Of a stretch of DNA of 32,000 nucleotides, positions 1 through 7,740 are shown piece after piece. Source of the DNA: Pseudomonas aeruginosa (lineage in GTDB: Bacteria > Pseudomonadota > Gammaproteobacteria > Pseudomonadales > Pseudomonadaceae); contig NZ_LN831024.1 of NCBI RefSeq assembly GCF_001457615.1, forward strand, positions 2,190,001 through 2,222,000, given 5' to 3'. Position numbers and translations under genes: made by a program. The notes under the pieces are model-generated. The model was not told where the DNA came from. It was given only the letters and a program-made list of their open reading frames with translations, and did no database searches. Within the stretch, counting starts at the first letter, position 1, and each line of letters starts with the position of its first letter.

Positions 1-422
1 CGGTGAAGATCGTCGAGGCGAGCCGGGGCGAGCTGCCGCTGCCGGTCTTGCTGGGACTCAACGCCGAGGCCGAGCTGCACATCGACGGCCGGCCGACCCA
101 CCACGACCACGAGGGCCACGAGGACCACGACCACGACGAGTTCGACTCCTTCCACGTCGATCTCCCCGAGGTGGAGGAAGCTGCGCTGCTCGAGGCCCTC
201 GGCGAGCTGGTGGAGCGTCACGACATACTTCGCATCAAGGGTTTCGCCGCCATTCCGGGCAAGCCCATGCGCCTGTTGGTACAGGGCGTCGGCAAGCGCT
301 TCGACAGGCATTTCGACCGCAAGTGGCTGGCCGACGAAGTCCGCAGCACCCGGCTGGTGGTGATCGGCCAGGAGCTGGACCAGGCCGCCATTGCCAACCA
401 GCTGCGCACAGCGCTTGCCTGA
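1..422 (+). CDS. cobW: CobW-type COG0523 GTPase/metallochaperone, C-terminal part (5' end outside the window)
   Basis: The frame-3 ORF is open from the window edge to TGA 420-422. The tail shows a CobW C-terminal domain pattern (LRIKGF, RLLVQGVG). It is preceded by a His/Asp/Glu-rich stretch HHDHEGHEDHDHDE (nt 99-140). It sits directly upstream of cobN, its usual partner. Confidence 0.85.
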   Translation, partial: VKIVEASRGELPLPVLLGLNAEAELHIDGRPTHHDHEGHEDHDHDEFDSFHVDLPEVEEAALLEALGELVERHDILRIKGFAAIPGKPMRLLVQGVGKRFDRHFDRKWLADEVRSTRLVVIGQELDQAAIANQLRTALA

Positions 423-497
423 TCCGTGATCCCCGGCCGGGGCCGGCGATGGCGATTCGCCGGCCCCAGCTTCTTGCGTCCTACCGGTAGAACGTCC

Positions 498-3400
498 ATG
501 CACCTGTTGCGCACCCAACCCGGCGGCTTCGTTCCCGACGACGGCATCGCCCACCTGGCCCAGACTCCCGCCGAGCTGGTGATCCTCTGCAGCGGCGATT
601 CGCACCTCGCATTGCTGGCCGAGGCCGCCCGTGCGCTGCCGGACGACTACCCGAGCCTGCGCCTGGCCAACCCCATGCAGTTGCAGAACCACGCCTCGGT
701 GGACCTCTACGTCGAGGAAGTGCTGCGGCACGCGCGGGTGATCCTGCTTTCGCTGCACGGCGGCATCGGCTACTGGCGCTACGGCGTGGAGCAACTGGTG
801 GCGCTGGCCGAGCGCGGCGCGCTGCTGATCCCGGTGCCCGGCGACGACCGCCCCGACCCGGAGCTGAGCGCCCTCGGCAACCTGCCGGCGGAGCAGGCCG
901 AGCGCTTCTGGCAATACTTGCGCCAGGGCGGCCTGGAGAACGCCGGGCAGTTCTACCGCTGCCTGGCCAGCCAGTGCCTCGGCCGCGACTACGCCTGGCG
1001 CGAACCGCAGGCGCTGCCGCGGGTGGCGCTGTTCCATCCACGGCATGCCGAGGCGACCCTGGAACACTGGCGTGCCGACTGGCAGGCCGGGCGTCCGGTG
1101 GTCGCGTTGCTGTTCTATCGCACCCACCTGCAGGCAGCCAACACCGCCTTCATCGCACGCTTCTGCGAACGCCTCGCGGCGCAGGGGCTCAACCCGTTGC
1201 CGATCGCGCTGGCCAGCCTCAAGGAAAGCGCCTGCCTGGCGCAGGTGGAAGACTGGCTGGAGCGCAGCGACGCCGCGCTGATCGTCAATACCACCGGTTT
1301 CGCCCAGTCCAATCCGGAGGCGCCCGAGTTGCGTCCGTTCCGTCGCGACGTGCCGGTATTGCAGGCGATCTGCTCGCTGGACAACCGCCCGCTCTGGCTG
1401 GACAACCCGCAAGGCCTGGGGCCGCGCGACCTGGCCATGCACGTGGCGCTGCCGGAGCTGGACGGGCGCATCGTCACCCGGCCGATCAGTTTCAAGGGCC
1501 TGGCCTGGCGCAGCGAACGCAGCGAGAGCGACGTGGTCTGCTATCTCGCCGACGACGAGCGCATGGATTTCGTCGCCGAACTGGCGCGGCGCTGGGCCGA
1601 GCTGGCGCGCAAGCCAAACGCGGAAAAACGGGTGGCGCTGGTGCTGGCCAACTACCCGACCCGCGATGGCCGGATCGGCAACGGCGTCGGCCTGGACACC
1701 CCGGCGGCGGCGCTGAACATCCTTCGTGCCCTGCGCCAGCAGGGCTATCCGGTCGACGGACTGCCCGCCAGCGGAACCGAGCTGATCCGCCAGTTGCTCG
1801 GCGGCGTCAGCAACGACCTGGAGCATCTCGACCTACGGCCCTGCGCCCAGAGCCTGGCGCTGGACGACTACCTGGCCTGCTTCGCACGCCTGCCGGAGCG
1901 CAATCGCCAGGCGGTGCTGGCGCGCTGGGGCGAGCCGCAACAGGACCCGATGTTCCGCGACGGACGAATGATGGTCGCCGGCCTGCGCTATGGCCTGACC
2001 TTCGTCGGCATCCAGCCGGCGCGCGGCTATCAGCTCGATCCGGCGGCGGTCTACCACGATCCCGACCTGGTGCCGCCGCACGGCTACCTGGCGTTCTACT
2101 TCTGGCTGCGCCACGCCTACCGCGCCGATGCCCTGCTGCACGTCGGCAAGCACGGTAACCTGGAATGGCTGCCGGGCAAGGGAGTCGGCCTGTCCGCCGA
2201 ATGCTGGCCGGACGCGTTGCTCGGTCCGCTGCCGAACATCTATCCGTTCATCGTCAACGATCCGGGGGAGGGCGCCCAGGCCAAGCGCCGCACCCAGGCG
2301 GTGATCATCGACCACCTGATGCCGCCGCTGACCCGCGCCGAGAGCTACGGCCCGCTGCGCGACCTGGAGCGCCTGGCCGACGAGTTCTACGATGCCTCGC
2401 TGCTCGACCCACGCCGCGCCGAACAGTTGCGCGGCGAGATTCTCGTCCTCCTGCGCGACAACCGTCTCGACCGCGAGATCGGCTTGCAGCTCAGCGACGA
2501 TCCGGACAGCTGGCTGCCGCAGCTGGACGCCTATCTCTGCGACCTGAAGGAGTCGCAGATCCGCGACGGCCTGCATGTGTTCGGCGAGTCGCCGAGCGGG
2601 CGATTGCGCCTGGATACCCTGCTGGCGCTGCTGCGGGTTCCGCGCGGCGATGGCAAGGGCGCCAACGCCGGGTTGCTGAAGAGCCTGGCGGACGACCTTG
2701 GCCTGGGCTTCGATCCGCTGGCCTGCGACATGGGCGAGGCCTGGCAGGGCGCGCGGCCGGCCTGCCTGGAAGAGCGGGGCGGGGAGCCCTGGCGTACTCT
2801 CGGGGATACCCGCGAACGCCTGGAATTGCTGGCGTTGCACTGGATAGAACGCTGCCTGGGCGGCGAATCGCCGCCTGCTGCCTGGCGTGCCAGCGGCGAG
2901 GTGTTGCGCGGCTTGTGCGAACAGGTGGCACCGACCCTGGACGCCTGTGGCGGGGCCGAGATCGACGGGCTGCTGGCAGCCCTCGAAGGGCGCTTCGTAC
3001 CGGCCGGTCCGAGCGGCGCGCCGAGTCGCGGGCGACTCGACGTGCTGCCCACCGGACGCAACTTCTTCTCGGTGGACGTGCGCAACCTGCCGACCCCGAC
3101 CGCCTGGCGCATCGGCTTCCAGTCGGCCAACCTGCTGCTCGAGCGTCACCTGCAGGAACATGGCGATCACCTGCGCCAGCTCGGTCTCTCGGTGTGGGGC
3201 ACGGCGACCATGCGCACCGGCGGCGACGACATCGCCCAGGCCCTGGCCCTGCTCGGCGTGCGACCGGTCTGGCAGGCCGGCAGCCAGCGCGTCGCCGATT
3301 TCGAGATCCTCCCGGTCTCCCTGCTGGACCGCCCGCGGGTCGACGTGACGCTGCGGGTCTCCGGGTTCTTCCGCGACGCCTTCGCCAACCTGATCCGCCT

Positions 3401-4244
3401 GTTCGATGCGGCGGTGCAGGCGGTCGCCGAGCTGGACGAGGCGGAGGAGCTGAACCCGCTGGCCGCTCGCGTACGCCTGGAGCGCCAGCGCCTCGAGGCG
3501 CAGGGCACGGCGCCGGCGGAGGCGCGCCGGCAGGCCGGCTGGCGGATCTTCGGCGCCAAGCCGGGTGCCTACGGCGCCGGCGTGCAGGGCGCAATCGAAG
3601 AGCGGCTGTGGGAGACCCGCGCCGACCTTGCCGAGGTCTACCTGAACTGGGGCGGCTACGCCTACGGTGCCGCCGACGACGGCACGCCGGCGCGGGAACG
3701 CTTCGCCCAGCGCCTGGAACGCCTGCAGGCGGTGCTGCACAACCAGGACAACCGCGAGCACGACCTGCTCGATTCCAACGACTACTACCAGTTCCAGGGC
3801 GGCATGCTGGCGGCGGTGGAAACCCTGCGCGGCGCGCCGGTGGCCAGTTACCACGGCGACCACAGCCAGCCGGACAACCCGCGCATCCGCACGCTCAAGG
3901 AAGAACTCAACCGGGTGGTGCGGGCGCGGGCGGTGAATCCGAAGTGGATCGCCGGGATGAAGCGCCACGGCTACAAGGGCGCCTTCGAACTGGCGGCGAC
4001 GGTGGACTACCTGTGCGCCTTCGATGCCACCAGCGAGCTGATCGACGACCACCAGTACGCGCTGCTGGCCGACGCCTACCTGCTCGACGCGGAGACCCGC
4101 GAGTTCGTCCGCCAGCACAATCCGCAAGCCTTGCGCGACATGGCCGAGCGCCTGGTGGAGGCGCAGCGGCGCGGGCTCTGGCAGGAGCCGGGGGCCTATC
4201 GCGAGGCCCTGGAGAACCTGCTGCTGGACGTCGAAGAGGAATAG
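498..4244 (+). CDS. cobN: Cobaltochelatase large subunit CobN (CobN/BchH family)
   Basis: ORF 426-4244. I place the start at ATG 498 (MHLLRTQPGGF, 1248 aa). The 24 upstream codons begin at a GTG just after the cobW stop and are Arg/Gly-rich filler. Family motifs run the whole length: HVGKHGNLEWLPGK, IIDHLMPP, RVSGFFRDAF, PKWIAGMKRHGYKGAFE. Confidence 0.95.
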   Translation: MHLLRTQPGGFVPDDGIAHLAQTPAELVILCSGDSHLALLAEAARALPDDYPSLRLANPMQLQNHASVDLYVEEVLRHARVILLSLHGGIGYWRYGVEQLVALAERGALLIPVPGDDRPDPELSALGNLPAEQAERFWQYLRQGGLENAGQFYRCLASQCLGRDYAWREPQALPRVALFHPRHAEATLEHWRADWQAGRPVVALLFYRTHLQAANTAFIARFCERLAAQGLNPLPIALASLKESACLAQVEDWLERSDAALIVNTTGFAQSNPEAPELRPFRRDVPVLQAICSLDNRPLWLDNPQGLGPRDLAMHVALPELDGRIVTRPISFKGLAWRSERSESDVVCYLADDERMDFVAELARRWAELARKPNAEKRVALVLANYPTRDGRIGNGVGLDTPAAALNILRALRQQGYPVDGLPASGTELIRQLLGGVSNDLEHLDLRPCAQSLALDDYLACFARLPERNRQAVLARWGEPQQDPMFRDGRMMVAGLRYGLTFVGIQPARGYQLDPAAVYHDPDLVPPHGYLAFYFWLRHAYRADALLHVGKHGNLEWLPGKGVGLSAECWPDALLGPLPNIYPFIVNDPGEGAQAKRRTQAVIIDHLMPPLTRAESYGPLRDLERLADEFYDASLLDPRRAEQLRGEILVLLRDNRLDREIGLQLSDDPDSWLPQLDAYLCDLKESQIRDGLHVFGESPSGRLRLDTLLALLRVPRGDGKGANAGLLKSLADDLGLGFDPLACDMGEAWQGARPACLEERGGEPWRTLGDTRERLELLALHWIERCLGGESPPAAWRASGEVLRGLCEQVAPTLDACGGAEIDGLLAALEGRFVPAGPSGAPSRGRLDVLPTGRNFFSVDVRNLPTPTAWRIGFQSANLLLERHLQEHGDHLRQLGLSVWGTATMRTGGDDIAQALALLGVRPVWQAGSQRVADFEILPVSLLDRPRVDVTLRVSGFFRDAFANLIRLFDAAVQAVAELDEAEELNPLAARVRLERQRLEAQGTAPAEARRQAGWRIFGAKPGAYGAGVQGAIEERLWETRADLAEVYLNWGGYAYGAADDGTPARERFAQRLERLQAVLHNQDNREHDLLDSNDYYQFQGGMLAAVETLRGAPVASYHGDHSQPDNPRIRTLKEELNRVVRARAVNPKWIAGMKRHGYKGAFELAATVDYLCAFDATSELIDDHQYALLADAYLLDAETREFVRQHNPQALRDMAERLVEAQRRGLWQEPGAYREALENLLLDVEEE

Positions 4245-4245
4245 C

Positions 4246-4264
4246 GGAGCGGCATGGCCGCTCC
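4246..4264. terminator. GC-rich hairpin between convergent cobN and the DAHP synthase gene (possible bidirectional terminator)
   Basis: GGAGCGGC-atg-GCCGCTCC forms a perfect 8-bp stem. It lies in the 28-nt gap between the stop codons at 4242-4244 (+) and 4273-4275 (-). Only a short TTT follows on the + strand, so efficiency is uncertain. Confidence 0.4.
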
Positions 4265-4272
4265 CACCGCTT

Positions 4273-5367
4273 TCAGCGCCGCTCGGCGAGCCGCCGGGCG
4301 GCGTCGCGGAGAATCCGCTCGGTGCCTTCCCAGCCGAGGCAGCCGTCGGTGATCGAGACGCCGTAGCGCAGTTCGCCGCCAAGCGCCTGGCAACCGTCGA
4401 ACAGGTGGCTTTCCAGCATTACCCCGACCAGGTCGCTGGCGCCGGCCAGGCGCTGGTCCAGCACGCTGGCGAGGACGCCGGGCTGGTTCAGCGGGTTCTT
4501 GCCGCTGTTGGCGTGACTGCAATCGACCATCATCCGCGTGGCGATGCCCTGGCTTTCCAGGGCCTGGCGCACGGCCTGCACCTGCTCGGGGCCGTAGTTC
4601 GAACCGTGGCGGCCGCCGCGCAGCACCACATGGGTGTCCGGATTGCCGCGGGTCTCGATCAGCGCCGGGTGACCGTGCGGGTCGAGGCCGAAATGGCGGT
4701 GGCCGTGGGCCGCCGAACGGATCGCGTCGCAGGCGATGCCGACGCCGCCGTCGGTGCCGTTCTTGAAGCCCACCGGCAGGCCGAGGCCGCTGACCAGCTC
4801 GCGGTGGATCTGCGATTCGCTGGTGCGCGCGCCGATCGCCGCCCAGCTCAGCAGGTCGTCGAAGTAGCCGGCGGCCAGCGGTTGCAGGAGTTCGGTGGCC
4901 AGCGGCAGGCCGAGGCGCAGCATGTCCAGCATCAGTTGCCGGGACAGCGCCAGGCCGGCGGCCATGTCGTCGCTGCCATCCAGGTGCGGATCGTAGGCGA
5001 GGCCCTTCCAGCCCACCGTGGTGCGTGGCTTTTCCACGTAGGCGCGCATCACCAGGAACAACTGGCCGTCGAGTTCGTCGCTCAGCGCGGCGAGGCGTTC
5101 GGCGTATTCGAGGGCGGAGCGGGGATCGTGGATCGAACAGGGTCCGACTACCACCAGCAGGCGCGGGTCGTCGCCGTCGAGGATGGCGCGGATGGCGTCG
5201 CGGCTGGCGGCGACCTGGCTGGCCAGCTCCAGCGGCAACGGCTGGCGGGCCTTGAGTTCGAGCGGGCTGGGCAGGCGTTCCAGGGCGGTACGGGCAGTGG
5301 CGCTGGGCAGGGCGACGGCCTGGACGTTCGGCGAAAGGGTGGTCAGTGCGGATACGGATGAGTTCAT
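4273..5367 (-). CDS. 3-deoxy-D-arabino-heptulosonate-7-phosphate (DAHP) synthase, class I-alpha (AroF/G/H type)
   Basis: ORF 4273-5433 (-). ATG 5367 has AGGAAG 7 nt upstream and gives 364 aa. The longer form starts at a TTG with no SD. Similarity to E. coli AroG-type enzymes is near end-to-end: LLVVVGPCSIHD, KPRTTVGWKGL, IGARTSESQIHRE, GFKNGTDG, DCSHANS. Confidence 0.92.
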   Translation of the reverse strand: MNSSVSALTTLSPNVQAVALPSATARTALERLPSPLELKARQPLPLELASQVAASRDAIRAILDGDDPRLLVVVGPCSIHDPRSALEYAERLAALSDELDGQLFLVMRAYVEKPRTTVGWKGLAYDPHLDGSDDMAAGLALSRQLMLDMLRLGLPLATELLQPLAAGYFDDLLSWAAIGARTSESQIHRELVSGLGLPVGFKNGTDGGVGIACDAIRSAAHGHRHFGLDPHGHPALIETRGNPDTHVVLRGGRHGSNYGPEQVQAVRQALESQGIATRMMVDCSHANSGKNPLNQPGVLASVLDQRLAGASDLVGVMLESHLFDGCQALGGELRYGVSITDGCLGWEGTERILRDAARRLAERR

Positions 5368-5559
5368 GGTCTGGCTTCCTGGGCTGGCGGCGGGCGTCCC
5401 GCGCGCGTCGTGCCCTATCGAGGTGTTCGGCAATGTCGTGGGTTGGCGAGCGGCTGGCGGCCGTCGCTAAATCGCCAGGTGTTGAGCGGGTAGCCAGTGC
5501 GGTAGCGGTATGCGGTCATGATCGATGTCCTGTGCGTTGGTCTGTGGTTGTGGCCTTGT

Positions 5560-5585
5560 GGGCCGGAAAAACGGGCCGGAAAAAC
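5560..5585. repeat. Perfect tandem duplication of a 13-nt unit GGGCCGGAAAAAC
   Basis: Read directly: 5560-5572 and 5573-5585 are identical. On the minus strand this is TTTTTCCGGCCC twice, immediately 3' of the terminator U-tract. Confidence 0.9.
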
Positions 5586-5615
5586 AAAACCCCCGGTCGG
5601 GGAGCCGACCGGGGG
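5580..5615 (-). terminator. Strong Rho-independent terminator on the minus strand with no upstream coding gene
   Basis: The minus strand reads CCCCCGGTCGG-CTCC-CCGACCGGGGG followed by TTTTGTTTTT. The stem is 11 bp and perfect (5590-5600 with 5605-5615) and the loop is 4 nt. On the plus strand the hairpin is followed only by TTTGCGTG, so it is oriented for minus-strand transcripts. Confidence 0.7.
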
Positions 5616-5816
5616 TTTGCGTGTGCAGGGTAGGCGTCCCGTATACCGTGGGCGCCGTTGGGGTATCAGGCGCCGGAGTGGCTAAACCAATACCCGAAGA
5701 AATACGCGGCACGGGGTGCCTGCGGCGCACGCGCGCGCAACGACAAGCCAGGGCGCGAGGCACTGGAATGCAGGTGCGGATGGCGGGTGTGCGGCATGGG
5801 TTTCTCCCGTGAACGA
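5580..5816 (-). ncRNA. Candidate ~235-nt structured RNA (sRNA or attenuating 5' leader of the DAHP synthase gene), class unknown
   Basis: It is bounded by a sigma70-like promoter (complement of 5823-5852) and the terminator at 5580-5615. No ORF with coding-like composition lies inside. It contains a GGCAC-ggg-GTGCC hairpin (5708-5720). Segment 5660-5667 can pair with either ATACC copy (5641-5647 or 5689-5695). The 5' end is inferred only from the promoter guess. Confidence 0.3.
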
Positions 5817-5822
5817 GTCCCG

Positions 5823-5852
5823 AGCTTACTGCAAGCGAGGCGGCCGGTTCAA
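5823..5852 (-). promoter_or_regulatory. Candidate sigma70 promoter TTGAAC-N18-TAAGCT (minus strand)
   Basis: The complement of 5847-5852 is TTGAAC and the complement of 5823-5828 is TAAGCT. The 18-nt spacer is slightly long. This is sequence pattern only. Confidence 0.3.
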
Positions 5853-5937
5853 CGACTGTTTCACGGTTCGATACCGGCGCCGCCGGCCTGATAGACTTGG
5901 CGGTCCGTATTTCCGTCCGTCCGCCGCAGGAATCCCC

Positions 5938-6954
5938 ATGAGCGCTACCGTGCATTACCCCCTGTCCGCCGTGGTCGCCGCCGACGAACTGAAGCTGGCG
6001 CTGTGCCTGGCCGCGGTCGATCCGGCGATCGGCGGGGTACTGATCGAGGGGCCGCGCGGAATGGCCAAGTCGACCCTGGCGCGGGGCGTCGCCGAACTGC
6101 TGCCGGCGGGCGAGTTCGTTACCCTGCCGCTGGGCGCCAGCGAGGAGCGCATCGTCGGCAGCCTCGACCTGGACGCCGCCCTCGGCGAAGGTCGCGCGCG
6201 GTTTTCCCCGGGCGTGCTGGCCAAGGCCGACGGCGGCGTGCTCTACGTCGACGAAGTTAACCTGCTGCCGGACCACCTGGTGGATTTGTTGCTCGACGTC
6301 GCCGCCAGCGGCGTCAACCTGGTCGAGCGCGATGGCATTTCCCACCGGCATCCGGCGCGTTTCGTGCTGATCGGCACGATGAACCCGGAAGAGGGCGAAC
6401 TGCGCCCGCAACTGCTCGACCGTTTCGGCCTCAACGTGCGCCTCGATACCCAGCCGCCGCCGGCCGAGCGGGCAGAGATCATCCGTCGCCGGCTGGCCTT
6501 CGATGCCGACCCGCAGGCCTTCGTCGAACGCTGGGAAGGCCAGCAGGACACCCTGCGCCGCCGTTGCGCCGAGGCACGCCGGCAACTGGCGCGGATTCCC
6601 CTGGACGATGCGGCGCTGGACAGCATCGCCCGACGCTGCTTCGAGGCGGCTGTCGATGGCCTGCGCGCCGACCTGGTCTGGCTGCGCGCGGCGCGCGCCC
6701 ATGCAGCCTGGCGCGGCGGCGAGCGGATCGAGGCGGAGGACATCGATGCGGTGGAACATTTCGCCCTGCTGCATCGCCGTCGCCAGTCGAACCCGCCACC
6801 ATCGGCGGCCAATCCACCGCCACCGCCCGCGGCGGCCCCTGTCGCGCTCCCGGAGCGCACTGGCGACGGCGAAGGGCAGTGGGGCGAATTGCCGGCTCGG
6901 CCGGTGGCCATGGGGACCGCCCGCGAGCTGCCGCGCTGGCCAAAAAAGCCCTGA
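5938..6954 (+). CDS. AAA+ chelatase ATPase, ChlI/BchI-like (probable cobalt-chelatase partner of CobN) with a Pro-rich C-terminal tail
   Basis: ATG 5938 ([13 protein letters not shown]) lies within ORF 5716-6954 and gives 338 aa. Walker A is GPRGMAKST, Walker B is VLYVDEVN, and the sensor/Arg-finger region is [23 protein letters not shown]. The last ~60 aa are Pro/Ala-rich ([18 protein letters not shown]). Confidence 0.85.
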   Translation: MSATVHYPLSAVVAADELKLALCLAAVDPAIGGVLIEGPRGMAKSTLARGVAELLPAGEFVTLPLGASEERIVGSLDLDAALGEGRARFSPGVLAKADGGVLYVDEVNLLPDHLVDLLLDVAASGVNLVERDGISHRHPARFVLIGTMNPEEGELRPQLLDRFGLNVRLDTQPPPAERAEIIRRRLAFDADPQAFVERWEGQQDTLRRRCAEARRQLARIPLDDAALDSIARRCFEAAVDGLRADLVWLRAARAHAAWRGGERIEAEDIDAVEHFALLHRRRQSNPPPSAANPPPPPAAAPVALPERTGDGEGQWGELPARPVAMGTARELPRWPKKP

Positions 6955-6974
6955 GCATCCGCCCGCGCTCGGTC

Positions 6975-7619
6975 ATGGGTGCGGATGCCAGGAGCAGACC
7001 CGGAGCCCTGCGCGGCGGACTTGGCGGCGCCCTGAGCCAGGGTGCGGAGGGCGCCATCCAATGGTTGCCGACCCTGCTGCGCGGACGTCCCCGACAGCGC
7101 CGTGACCTGCTTCGCCAGCCGCGCAGCCGGCGCCCGGGCGAACTCTGGCTGGTGATCGTCGATGCCTCCGCCAGCACCCGCCGGTACGGCGCCCTGGCCC
7201 AGGCCAAGGGAGTGTTGGCGACGCTGTTCGAGGAGGCTTATCGACAGCGCATCCGCCTGGCCGTGCTGCATGCCACCGGGCAGCAGGCGCAATGGCTCTG
7301 GCAGGGGCAGAAGGCCTCGCGGGAGTTGCAGGACTGGCTGCGCCAGCTGGGCGCCGGCGGCGGTACGCCGCTGCTCGACGCCCTGCACCAGGCCGCTGGC
7401 TGGCTGGCGCGCCGACAGCGGCAGAAACCCGCCGAGCATCAGCGTCTGCTGGTGCTTACCGACGGCCGTCTGCGCGACTGGCCGGCGCTGCCGGAGGCTG
7501 CCTGCCCGAGCCTGCTGGTCGACCTCGAAAGCGGCCCGTTGCGCCTGGGCAAGGCCGAGCGCCTGGCCCGGGAACTGGGGGCCGAGTATCGGCATATCAG
7601 CGAATTGAACGAAGTCTGA
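6975..7619 (+). CDS. Stand-alone von Willebrand factor A (vWA) protein, equivalent to the C-terminal module of ChlD/BchD
   Basis: ATG 6975 lies 21 nt after the upstream stop, in ORF 6564-7619, and gives 214 aa. It has a MIDAS DxSxS motif (VIVDASAST), GGGTPL and LLVLTDG. There is no clear SD, so the start is uncertain. The ORF portion before 6955 overlaps the chlI-like gene in another frame. Confidence 0.75.
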   Translation: MGADARSRPGALRGGLGGALSQGAEGAIQWLPTLLRGRPRQRRDLLRQPRSRRPGELWLVIVDASASTRRYGALAQAKGVLATLFEEAYRQRIRLAVLHATGQQAQWLWQGQKASRELQDWLRQLGAGGGTPLLDALHQAAGWLARRQRQKPAEHQRLLVLTDGRLRDWPALPEAACPSLLVDLESGPLRLGKAERLARELGAEYRHISELNEV

Positions 7620-7656
7620 GGGCGTTTCGGCGAGTCCTGCGGCTTTTTCGGTCAAA

Positions 7657-7699
7657 TTGTATTTCGACTGTAATTCAATAAATATTATGCGCGTAATAT
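7657..7699 (+). promoter_or_regulatory. AT-rich promoter candidate (TTGTAT-N16-TAAATA) overlapping an 18-bp near-perfect palindrome upstream of the thiolase gene
   Basis: TTGTAT is at 7657-7662 and TAAATA at 7679-7684. The palindrome ATATTATGCGCGTAATAT (7682-7699) matches its own reverse complement at 16 of 18 positions (arms ATATTA / TAATAT). It ends 42 nt before ATG 7741. Confidence 0.35.
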
Positions 7700-7740
7700 C
7701 TTCCTGCGATCCAGCCAATCCATCTCACGGAGATATCCTC

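Noticed and set aside
1833-4382. 849-aa ORF antisense to cobN, plus the other long ORFs overlapping cobN (974-2158, 2165-4366, 2491-3594)
   Set aside because: These are shadow ORFs typical of high-GC DNA. Their composition is extremely Arg/Ala/Gly/Pro-rich and they have no recognisable motifs. They fully overlap a gene with unambiguous CobN similarity.
5434-5937. Cobalamin (B12) riboswitch upstream of the chlI-like gene or the DAHP synthase gene, expected from the cob context
   Set aside because: I read both strands for the conserved core (GGGAA...GGTG..AATCC...GCTGCCCCCGCAACGGTAAG and the B12 box AGCCAGGAGACCTGCC). I found only loose resemblances, such as GCCGCCTCGCTTGCAGTAAGC on the minus strand and no B12 box. 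That is not enough to call it. A cmscan against RF00174 would settle it.
7620-7656. Possible terminator after the vWA gene (GGCTTTTTCGG at about 7641-7651)
   Set aside because: A T-run is present, but I could not find a convincing complementary stem immediately upstream of it. I did not call it.
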